Of a DNA stretch of 64,000 bases, positions 24,501-34,128 are shown one piece after another. This DNA comes from Rhizodiscina lignyota (taxonomy: Eukaryota), in contig ML978127.1 of the NCBI GenBank assembly GCA_010015805.1, positions 124,001 to 188,000 of the forward strand, written 5' to 3'. Every line of letters begins with the position of its first letter. The first letter of the stretch is position 1. The position numbers and the translations under genes are program-made. The notes under the pieces are model-generated. The model saw only the letters and a list, made by a program, of their open reading frames with translations, was not told the origin of the DNA and made no database searches.

Positions 24501-24813
24501 GGAGTGGGAGGCGTATCAGGACGCTGGAGTCATCACTTTGCTTGGTCGCGCATTCAGCCGTGATCAGCCGTACAAGGTGTACATCCAGGATCGCATGAGG
24601 CAGACGATGGAAGACATCAGGCAGGCTTATCTGAGGGACGGAGGAAGCTTCTATCTCTGTGGACCGACGTGGCCGGTGCCAGATGTTACAGAGGTGCTGC
24701 AGGAGGCGTACGAGACTGAAGAGAGGAGTAAGGGCAATGTCAAGAGAATTGATGGAAGGAGGGCGATTGAGACGCTGAAGGACGAGGGCAGGTACGTCTT
24801 GGAGGTTTATTAG
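21574..24813 (+). CDS. MET10: Sulfite reductase [NADPH] flavoprotein (alpha) subunit
   Basis: 1079-aa single exon. PFOR-like N-terminal region plus FNR module (REYSIASS, MAGLGTGLAPFRAF, FYLCG, terminal RYVLEVY). Confidence 0.95.
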   Translation: MHLAQSQVNGAAVSPITEQQDEKVVPKQFQQHSSSLPFGQALPLSSIGGPTYLTPQTLIQQVAFTLSDKLFTFSPETFDLDVAAKHWQSEGGRNAFGYNPEVRSMDTRAGAGSFALGYMFSKDFDLSRRNHPQSIIAPSSTLGFLRPALEQLSLLYSVANPLVAHIAAVDYSSGLVTDYTAAMNLAEELGLALVSSSSAYESQHMSLLATLLASSVPAIHVYDGITVGRETTRVVDVLDQSGLKNTYSSILKAIYDTPKTPTVKSPTAVNILNAFNEELGTEYKPFEYHGHENPDSVLVVFGSVEASLASQVASAMAESGVRIGVINVRLYRPFIEEAFLEALPKSASHIAVLGQVRDEAAVADQTEHSLLYMDVLATVTFSSIVNLPEVVDVKYPREQTFTPKKMAEVFHRMAGSKPAATESLSLLRDNVTQYSFWSLDNSASVTAPIALGQLLSSESTSNVTVRTGHDNFVQGGAVRTDIRSSSKSIEAAYSVSAANVSFVGDEKLLGEFDIVNGTTTGGTLVVKLPGAKDEDLEKKLPVGLRKGIVAKELRLFVLDPTAVAKLAEDDSLEPYVTQLAFLKVAKGELGPKQLQKLASINGSTELLSGLVNELEQALREVKIPESWATIEPEVESITLPTDIKVNSFAVFEKIEPEPPALLRDWVIAAKGLSFKEAYATRDALRPDLGIQTCVAHVKEHRRLTSLTYDRNIFHIEFDLGNSGLQYKIGEALGIHAENEPEEVNEFIKWYGLNPDEIVEVPTREDPNVLENRTVYQALLQNVDIFGRPPKRFYEALSEFASDEKEKQNLLTLSTPEGAVEFKRRAEVDTITFADILLEYPSAHPSFNDIVRIVSPMKRREYSIASSQRVTPNSVSLLIVTVNWVDPRGRDRFGQATRYLNRLPVGAPVTVSVKPSVMKLPTNTKAPIIMAGLGTGLAPFRAFVQERALQKAEGHKIGAVMLYMGSRHQREEYLYGEEWEAYQDAGVITLLGRAFSRDQPYKVYIQDRMRQTMEDIRQAYLRDGGSFYLCGPTWPVPDVTEVLQEAYETEERSKGNVKRIDGRRAIETLKDEGRYVLEVY

Positions 24814-26114
24814 ATGACTGCGTCAATTGGTGGATGATATTGATGAAGACGGCTGTACGGCGGCACTTGATGGGACAAGAAATAGCTAGACTGAAGTATG
24901 TATTGAGAAAATATTGATTGATTGAAACATGAAGCTACCAATCAACATTGGAGTATGTAAAAGTATGGGAATCGGGCCGAGTTGTAGTCTCCGATGTCTA
25001 CAAACGCAACATCACGGATACAGCATGCCCCGTATCGAAGCACCCCACGAAAATGTCTCCAATTGACCTAAGTCAGACAAGGAGGTCTATGAGTACTGGC
25101 ATGGCCTCGGTGTGCTCAAATATATATATTCGCGCCGCTAGCTTGCATTCACATCAACTATCAATGTCCATAGTGTGGGGGAGAGAGTAGAGGAGCTTCT
25201 ATTTCCACAAACAAGATAAATCGATTGTCATGAATTATTAATCAGTTTAGCCATTGAAATGAGGCGATGAAGATCACTCATGATGAAGCTGATCCTCATA
25301 GAAGCTTATTGGTGGTGTGCATCATCTACCTGTTGGTAATGATGGATTATGGAGGTCAAGCGAGAGGTGCTCGACGTAATATTAATGTTTACCGGAAGAC
25401 CCAGCCACTGATCCCACAGCGTTGCCTGCACTAGATACTGCTGTGCAGTGAATGTTGGGCTCAAAAAGCCATGAATGGTGGCGTCCCATGGCGACCGTGT
25501 ACACATTGCGACAGAGGAAGACGCGCGCAAAGGCAGCTGTTACACCTAACTTGCATCGAATGGAGACGGAGATTCTGCGCAAACACAAGGCTTCGTACTT
25601 GTCATCGACGGACATGTTCAGGAATATGGAGATAAACCATGCAGAGCTAGTTTAGGAGTCCATTGACAAAGGACTAAGGTTATTCAAAGGAGGGCTTGAA
25701 GTTACGCGTCGCATTTCAAGAAATTTTCGACCCTTCCAAACCACTGAGCTCAGCCGTGACCCATTGGACACCGCTAGTACAGAAGACCGCCAGCACTAAG
25801 GATATGTTGTGGCAGATAATAGCATGGGTCCTACCCAGATACCCTCTTGATCCTTTCGCACCTTGTCTCGTGACACATCGAGTCTGTCTTTGTCCTCCCT
25901 CGAAGCTTCCTTGAGTATTCTTTGTCGACAATAGCAACCTCATCTATTTCCGCAAACGGCACAAGTGGTTCGCGAATCGGGCTTTTACAGCAGTGCAGTT
26001 GTCTTTGTCCGCGTTGCAGAACATAAAGTGTGAAGACAAATCGAAGCAGTAAGAAGAACTTCATCCGCGCAAGTCGTTTACCCCAGACGAGAACAGGTAC
26101 CCAAACAATCAATC

Positions 26115-26721
26115 ATGGTACTTAAGAAAGAACTGAAAGCCTTGGGTGATTCTCCGGGATGGACCACGGCGAATCCGGCGGCAGGCAGAGGCAGTCGAAG
26201 GCGAGCCGCTCCCCAACCGGCTTATCCATACGTCAGCCCGCCCAGGCCGAATGCTTGGAGCGTGAAGACAAAGCCAAGGAAGCGCAAGAGGATGCAGGAG
26301 GCAGATGAAGAACCCGAAGATGAAGAAGAGCGCGAGGCCGAAGATGAACTTGAAGATGAGGAGCCTGCCGTGAAGCCGAAGACTAAGGCGAAGTCGAAAG
26401 CCAAGCCAAAGCCGAAGCCAAAATCTACGAAGAAGAAAGCGGCAATCAAGGTCAGTGGACCATAGAGCTATGGGATGTGTGTTAAACTAATAGTAATCAT
26501 AGAGCCCGAAGGAAAAAACCGCAAAGGTAACGAAGCGCAAGGCGGCGGGTAAGAAGGGGACCAAAAAGCCAGGCAAGTCGTCAGCCAAAGTGCCACAGGC
26601 GAAGATGGCCTACAAGTCGGCGGTCATAGTGCCGCAAGCGAAAATGGCCTACAAATCGTCGGTCACGGTGCCACGAGAGAAGACGGCCAGCAAATCGACA
26701 ACCGCAGAATCGACAGAATGA
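26115..26721 (+). CDS. Lys-rich basic hypothetical protein (2 exons)
   Basis: Exon 26115-26450, intron 26451-26502 (GTCAGT...ACTAAT...TAG), in-frame exon 2 to TGA 26719-26721. Internal repeat copies differ mainly at synonymous positions. Confidence 0.6.
26590..26706 (+). repeat. 39-bp tandem repeat, 3 diverging copies (VPQAKMAYKSAVI / VPQAKMAYKSSVT / VPREKTASKSTTA)
   Basis: Units start at 26590, 26629 and 26668. Confidence 0.85.
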
Positions 26722-27791
26722 TGACAAAGAGCAAGCCAAAGCGCAAGTGAGGCTGATGAAAGTGAAGGGGAACACAGCCAAACAGCGGTGAAGTCGACCT
26801 CGTTGAAAGTGAGGGTTGTAAAACATTGTCGTGGGGCCAGGGGCTTAGGAATCTTTTCGAATGGCGGCATATCATTTTCTTTGTGACAGTTATAATTCTA
26901 CAATACCATGCTATGGAAGCACTCGAAATACTGTGAAATATCGAAGTCGAATGCTACAATGTTGTTGAAAGGAGGGTTGAAGTAGTAGAGCGGTTAAGTG
27001 GTAAGCTTCGGGACGATACGCACTAGACAATTAAACTAGGCATAGCACCTCGATCTCAATATTGTGCAAGCCCTCGCCTTTTTCATGCCTACATGGGCAA
27101 GGAGACAGAGATCATGGTGTCTCATAAACTATTCTTGATATATCAAGCTCCTTCCGATTGTCCAATGATGAAATCATGGCACAATCTTTGAACAAAGGCG
27201 AAGGGTGAGAGTCAAAGCCTGTCTCTCACTGAATGATCGCATGCGTTTCTTTCTTCTTTCACATCAGCCACATGTGCAGTCCGGACGCATTCAAGTACTT
27301 TGCCAAGCGATAAACAGAGGGCCATGTGGGGTATTTCTGTTATTACAGTGTGAGTTGACGTTCGCTTAAGGTTGAATCGGCACGTCGGCCTCGAAACTTA
27401 CGACTTCAACTGCCGTGCCACTTGGCCTTCTCTGGTCGACCCGATTCACAGTCCAAAGGAACTCCACCTCAATGGCGAGCTACCCCGCGATAGATATGCA
27501 GGGTCTCCTCAAGCCCAGGCGGAAATCTTCCGTTGATATAATGCTAAGGTCATCGCTACCTGGGAAGGCTGAAGTTGAATTATAAGTAATTGAGGTTGAG
27601 ATACTATTCCATTTACATCGTGCTCCCTCATTAAAGACTCTTTTCGAGGTCATTTATACTTTGTGTTTCTCGCCTTGCATCAAAGCTTTGGTTCTACTGA
27701 GTTTCCTCATAGTCAAGGAAAAAGCCAGAGTTCCCATTCTCACAGATATCCACTGTCATTGAGGTTCATATCATTTGCAATTCTCACCAAC

Positions 27792-28751
27792 ATGGCCCCT
27801 TCTAGCGTCCGTGTCGCACTCATAACAGGCGCCTCCTCTGGCATTGGCCTCGCACTTACCCAACATCTCCTCTCCAAACCCTCACCAACATGGCACGTGG
27901 TCCTGGCGGACATGAATCCCCCACCCGCCTCAGCGAATCTTCCGGCTAGCAGGACGCGCTACATCCATACCAACGTGGCCGACTGGTCGTCTCAAGCTTC
28001 TTGCTTCCGAGAAGCGTTTTCCTGGCACTCGCGACTTGACTTCGCCGCGCTGAACGCGGGCATCGACGACCGGGATGACATCTTCAACAGCATGGACTTC
28101 AGCCTTTCTCAGCCTGATGGCCCACCAAAGCCCAACATGTTGACATTCGACGTAGATTTCTACGCGGTGTACTACGGCATCAAGCTCTGCGCATACTACT
28201 TCAGCGCCTCTCCGCAACACATCAAACCCACTTCTAATGGTGAAGAGCGGGGTGTCATGGTCCTCACGGCCAGTGCAGCAGGCCTCTATCCGAACCCGGC
28301 TATCCCACAGTACAGCGCGTCAAAGGAGGCGCTGATAAGCCTGACGCGCTCGCTAGCACCGCGTGCGCAAGAGCACGGGATAAGGATGAATGCGTTATGT
28401 CCTGCGATGGTGCCGACGAATTTGGCGCCACCGGGCTTGATGGATGTGGTGCCGGACGAGGGTGTGACGCCGATGAGCACGATTCTGAGGGCGTATGATG
28501 AGATGATGGACCCGAAGGGTGGACCTTCGGGGAGGGGTAGAAATGGTGGTGTGGTGGAGGCGAATGTGCAGGATCTGGATTGGAAGGAAAACGAGGGGTG
28601 GAAGCCGAAGATTGAGAAGGAGGGGAAAGGGCTGTGGAGGGCGAGGGAGGTGATGGGGACGTGGAATAAGGTATATTTGGAAAGGAACCGGAGATGGGCG
28701 ATAGGGGACTGGGATGAGAATAGAGAGAAAGTTCAGAGGGGGAAGCTGTAA
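27792..28751 (+). CDS. Short-chain dehydrogenase/reductase (15-hydroxyprostaglandin dehydrogenase-like)
   Basis: ALITGASSGIG, LNAG and catalytic YSASK motifs. ATG at 27792. Ends -GKL. Confidence 0.9.
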   Translation: MAPSSVRVALITGASSGIGLALTQHLLSKPSPTWHVVLADMNPPPASANLPASRTRYIHTNVADWSSQASCFREAFSWHSRLDFAALNAGIDDRDDIFNSMDFSLSQPDGPPKPNMLTFDVDFYAVYYGIKLCAYYFSASPQHIKPTSNGEERGVMVLTASAAGLYPNPAIPQYSASKEALISLTRSLAPRAQEHGIRMNALCPAMVPTNLAPPGLMDVVPDEGVTPMSTILRAYDEMMDPKGGPSGRGRNGGVVEANVQDLDWKENEGWKPKIEKEGKGLWRAREVMGTWNKVYLERNRRWAIGDWDENREKVQRGKL

Positions 28752-28824
28752 TGATATTAAATATACTTTGTTTAGACATGTAGCGAAGATATACTCGAAG
28801 TGTATGTGTACAGGGGTCTCATGT

Positions 28825-30615
28825 CTAAGTCATTGACTGACCAAGTGCTTCTATATCGTCGATCTGCAGCATAATCGTTAGCCGAATGTCCTACGTGTTA
28901 GCTCGGCGGAAGATCCGAATATGTGACATACCTCTTTCACAGCCTCTGCTGTAAGCACCATAGGGTGCTCCTCTTGAATGCAAACGCTATCTTCAATTCT
29001 GATACCGATATTTCTGAAATGCTTCGGCCATCTTTTATCATCTGGCACGTACACCCCCGGCTCTACAGTTACACACATGCCTGACACCAGCTTTTCTCTC
29101 CTCGAGAACCCTGGAGCGTCATGTACATCCAACCCAATATGATGTCCAACATGATGTGGAAATAGCACAGAGATCGCGTCGTTCGACATGTCAAAGCCCA
29201 GGGCCTTGAGGTTATCGCGCAACGAAGACTCAGCCACGCGATGAAGATCATCAAGGCAGAGATTTGCATTGGAATGACACAAATCTACAACTTTCTTTTG
29301 CGGCTCGAGCACTGCCGCGTACAGGTCGCTTTGAGCCTTGGTGAACTTCTTCGAGGCGTCCACGGGAAATGTGCGCGTGATGTCCGCGATGTAGCCGCCA
29401 AATTCGCCTCCTGCATCAACGAGGACCAGATTCTCGTCTCGGAGGACATCGTCATTACGCACGTAATGGATGCTCAATGCATTTCTGCCGCCAGCAACCA
29501 CGGGCACGTACGCTGTCCCATCACAGCCATTCAGTTTGAATTTGTAATCCAGAAATGCGCCGAGTTCTTTCTCTGTAGTGAAATGGTTCCGCATCGCTTC
29601 TGTGAACGCGAGTGCAGAAGCTTTACCCACACGGCGCATGTTGGCGATCTCGGCCTCACTCTTTCGGACGCGTAGCTCATTCATCGGTTTCCGGAGAGGG
29701 TGGAGGGTAAGCTTGTCGGACTTTTGGAGAAGGCTGGGAAGACTATTTGCGCGCCAGTGTGCCAGACCATTGAGATATTGGCCATTGAACTTAGACGAGG
29801 CGTCTGGAAGAGTGGTGGGTATATCCGTAAATACATGTCGGGCGGAATTGATGATGTCGGGAAGGATCTTTGGGATGTTGGCGATATCTCCGACCTATTA
29901 TGAGAGGAGTCAGTAGAGAGGCATTAGATAGAATGAATTAAGCGCCTAACCTCGTCTGCATTGAAGACGTCTTGCGCCGCCTGAATACCAGAACGTGCAC
30001 CCTCCCAGAGTTCCGCCTTGGTATCTTTCGGTCGTACGTACAAGTGGAATGTGTAATCTCCTTCAGTGCCGTGGTTCGCTTCACAATAGTCTCAGCTTTC
30101 TTGCTCTTGTCGTTCTAGATGCCATAACGTTACATACCGATTATAGCCAGCGCTTCTGGCTCATTAAAACCTGTTCCGCATTTCAGTGTACGCTCTATGC
30201 TTGTCTCCGGCCCTCCTACCAGTCAAATAGAAGAAATCGGCATCTTGATGGTACTCGTAGAACACCACGCCGGATCGATATTTTAGATCGGAAGCAGACA
30301 GAATGGCAATCGAGTTCGCAGGTAGGGCTTTCGCAATCCTTTCGCGCCGCTGCGCGTATTCGAGGGCCGTGATACCGGGCGTCACTAATTGGAATTAGCA
30401 ATTGACACCAGATTCAATCATTATGTCTTACGCTCGCCGGGTTGCAACAGATGGGGGTGCGTCTCATGAAGAGGCTGCCCGAATTGAAGCTCAGCAGCCG
30501 ACACAAGACCTCGTGTCTGCCGCTGGGCTGTCTTCAAGAGACTACCGCATAGTGGACGAATACACCGTCGCCGTACTCTCGTAGCCGAGGACAGCAGGCG
30601 TAAACTCGAGGTCAT
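28825..30615 (-). CDS. ICP55: Mitochondrial intermediate cleaving peptidase 55 / Xaa-Pro aminopeptidase (M24B), multi-exon
   Basis: Presequence, FGQPLHETHPHLLQPGE, TPGITALEYAQRR, VDAGGEFGGYIADITRT, FPHHVGHHIGLDVHD, TVEPG and IRIED motifs. Last exon IDDIEALGQSMT*. Confidence 0.9.
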
Positions 30616-30891
30616 GATATGACCTCTCTATAACTATCTTGGAGCTCATATCCAGACTCGACGGAGAAGTTTGCGCTAGTCGCGGATTCAGGCACGTTTT
30701 CCTGGCCTCTGACGTGCTGTGGCTTATCGATAGCACCAATTGCAGCTCCCTCATGAATTTCAGGCCAGCATTACACAAAACGCGGAGAAGCGTGGCACAG
30801 CACCACGCCTCGCATCAATTCCTGTCCGTACGCAGTCAAGTAGAAGAATCACAATTGTCTATTCACCATTCGTGCCTTTCGCGCCTTCAAG

Positions 30892-31966
30892 ATGGCCGCT
30901 TCGGCCTCTTCAAAGCTCCCAAATATTCCGCAGGCGGACCTCGACTCCTTTGCTGAGCACCTCCAAAAGTCCAAACGGATCCTGGCCGTCCTGGGGGCTG
31001 GCCTCTCTGCCTCGTCTGGCCTTCCTACATTCCGTGGTGCTGGTGGTTTATGGAGACAGCACGATGCTACCCAACTGGCAACCCCGGAAGCGTTCGAGGC
31101 TGATCCAGGACTCGTCTGGCAGTTCTATAGCTACAGGAGACACATGGCGCTGAATGTAAACCCCAATCCCGCACATTTTGCACTAGCGGAGTTGGCGAGG
31201 AAAAGAGACGGCTTCCTGACCATCAGTCAGAATGTGGATGGTATGTTCAACGCCTTCTACTAGACGAATCAAGACAGAAGCTGACAGTATGATCTGCACA
31301 GGTTTGTCACAGCGAGCGAATCACCCTCGAGATAAACTGCACCTCCTTCACGGCTCCTTGTACGATGTACGGTGTACTTCATTCTATTGCAGGCATGTCG
31401 AGACGAACAACTTCACAGACCCAATTGTGCCTGCGCTAGCCATACCGACTGAGGACGATGCGGTTGCTACCTCAGCGTTCCAGGCAAGAGAACGGGAGCA
31501 TCAGCAACATGGAGCTAGTACGAGCATCAATGGTGGACCCAGAGAATTGGACATCTCAGATATCGATGTAGCGCTGCCAGATCTGCCTGTGGACGCGCTG
31601 CCGCACTGTCCAAAGTGCCATAATGGTTTGCTAAGACCAGGCGTCGTCTGGTTTGGGGAGATGCTGCCCGGCGCAACGCTCGATACGATCAATGATTGGA
31701 TTGAGGCGGGACCGATTGATCTTTGTATGGTCATTGGAACGTCGAGCAAAGTATACCCAGCCGCTGGATATGCCATGGAAGCGAGGGTGAAAGGAGCGAG
31801 GGTTGCTGTGATCAATATTGACAAAGGGGATGAACCTGGAGGAGGCCTGATGCAAGGCGACTGGTTCTTTCAGGGAGATGCAGCGGTCGTGGTGCCAGAG
31901 ATACTGAAGAGTGTAATAGGAGAGATTGGTCAAGAAGGCAGGATGGTGGGCCAATCGAATATTTGA
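30892..31966 (+). CDS. NAD-dependent protein deacylase, class III sirtuin (SIRT5/CobB-like) (2 exons)
   Basis: GAGLSASSGLPTFRG, QNVDGL, HGS, RPGVVWFGE and GTSSKVYPAA motifs. FYSYRR carries the Tyr-x-x-Arg pair. Intron 31241-31301. Confidence 0.93.
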
Positions 31967-33430
31967 TATCTCAGCGGCATTTGAGCGTTTTGAGGGTATT
32001 GAGCGGAGTTTGACAAGACGACGCCGGGCGTTAACAACAGCGTATATACAACGCAAAGCGATAAGCAGCAAGGAAGCGAATGAAAGGATTACATGTGATC
32101 ATGATATTATGAACAGACTATGGGAATAAAACAAAAGCCAAACACTGGCACCTTTTGATTTCACGTGGTTTGGATTGCATTCAAGCATCTCTCGCCGTAA
32201 GGACTCTGAGTCGAGTCTGAGCTCGTGCTGCTATGGTTCCCAATGAACCAAGAGCTTCTTCCATCTCATTGTGAAAGCGGGTCTTGTCCTACACTGCTCA
32301 CGGTGATGCCACGGAAATTTCTTCTAATGGTCAAGCGAGAACATAGCGGCATCGGTCAGGCTGAACTCGCAACGTGTCCAAACCAAACAACTAGCGGTTT
32401 GCACACGTTTCCATCGCCATGAGGAGTCCGTGGAGCTGCTCGCATGCAGCAATGTCGATCGTTCGACAGTCAGCTGAGCCATGTCGGAAAATATCTTTCG
32501 TTCGGTTGTCCCGCTGTTGAAGAGGCGCTCACAAGATCAGCATCAGCCAGCGGAAGTTCAGCGCGAACAGCAGGAAAATGCGGCTCGTCGGCGATTTTGG
32601 AGCCTCCTGTTTCCGATTTCCCCTTTCTTGAGACTGGAAGTGGAGATGCCACTTAAACGCGCGAAAGGGCGATAGGAGACGAAAGCTCTTTATCCCTCAG
32701 GAGGCACTCAACGTCCAAACGCCTCGACGGGTGGATACTTCTTAATCTTACTTTTTGTCTTTCGGATGCGCTCCTCACTCCGGCTCAGGTCAGATCCTCA
32801 TCATCGTGGACGAGCAAAGCAACGCGAGATAAGACTTGCAGATTGTGCAAATTGCAAGCCCTATCGTTAGGCGCGTCAACGGTTTACTCCGAGATTGAGA
32901 AAGCGCCATCGGCGGCTCCGTTATGACCAGATGTTTCTCCACGAAAGCCACGGCGAACAATGTGGAGTTGAACCGTCCGGCGCCATGTTGAGGTGGCTTT
33001 CAGCCCAGCTCCGTGATGTGGATGCCGTTGTGCACGCCCCTTTTGACGCCGCGACTGGGATGCCCGTGGACAAGGCTGAGGATCGAGACAGGGTTGTCAG
33101 ACGTCGCAGTTGGAAGTTTGAAGTGACGAAGAGAGAGCTTCGCGACGCCTATGCTGTAAAAGCTTCACAAACTTGAGAGGATTCAAGGCAGGATCTGAAA
33201 GAATACTGACCCTGAGGACCAAGCCAATCGCAGCAGACCTATACATAGCCCAAGTACGTACCGACAGGTCAGCGTGGCGGTTTGAAAAGCAACCTCAAAC
33301 GCGCATGACATCACCAGCGATTTCCATATCTTTTTCGTATCTTTTTCAGTGTGATAGCAATATACACAAATCAATAGTGTAATAATCTGTATTTGTTGTG
33401 AAACTCGATTTACTACCCGTCTCTCTCAAA

Positions 33431-33835
33431 ATGGGCATACCGTACTCCAAGGAAATCAATGCTGCCTTCGACCAAGTGACGCCGCTCGTGGCTGCCGCGT
33501 ACCAGGTCCTCCAGACAACGAAGAACATTTCGATCATACTGGCTGGCATTCAAGTCTTGACGCTTGTTTTTCTGGGGATGATTCTGGTAGCGCTGGTGGG
33601 CTTGCTGTTCACAATGAATCCGGACTTGGAGAAAGAGAGGCAGCTGTATGTGACGCCGACGTTGCTGGCTATCGTTTCGTGGGCTGCCGTGGCGCGCATA
33701 TCTCTGCTTGTGGTCACTGCAGTCTCGTCAGTTATTGCAATGTGGTTGATCATGCGCGTTGCTCAGCACAGGCACGATGTGACTGCACTGTATGAAGTCG
33801 CGGATGGGGTGGCGGCGGAGGACAAGGAAGGCTAA
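33431..33835 (+). CDS. Small fungal membrane protein of unknown function
   Basis: MGIPYSKEINAAFDQVTPLVAAAYQVLQTTKNISIILAGIQV...TMNPDLEKERQLYVTP, with 2-3 hydrophobic segments. Confidence 0.7.
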   Translation: MGIPYSKEINAAFDQVTPLVAAAYQVLQTTKNISIILAGIQVLTLVFLGMILVALVGLLFTMNPDLEKERQLYVTPTLLAIVSWAAVARISLLVVTAVSSVIAMWLIMRVAQHRHDVTALYEVADGVAAEDKEG

Positions 33836-34128
33836 CCAAGTCGCGGCACTGGCGCATAATGGGACGGCGGAGTACGATGCGAAGGTTAAGGTGGCTCTAA
33901 TGGTTCTGAATGTCGTGGTTGGGTGGAAGTCAAGAATAATCAATTGGTGGGCGAATCGCAGCGTAGGCGCGGCGAAAGGGCTTGAGGCATCACGATGGCG
34001 ATGATTGAGTACCATTCAGAAATGGAGCAGTCACAAGAGCAAGGCACAGGAAGCGTTTGGTTGTATGAGAAAATCAGAGTGGTTTGATTGATTGAAGTCT
34101 ATTTACAAGTGGAGACATGCCAAAGCGA

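Noticed and set aside
32100..33380. Several 60-90 aa ORFs between the sirtuin and the membrane protein
   Set aside because: No motifs, consistent frame or splice model.
33792..34004. Coding-looking +1 frame continuing beyond the stop of the small membrane protein
   Set aside because: No slippery site or intron to join the frames. The upstream ORF already looks complete.
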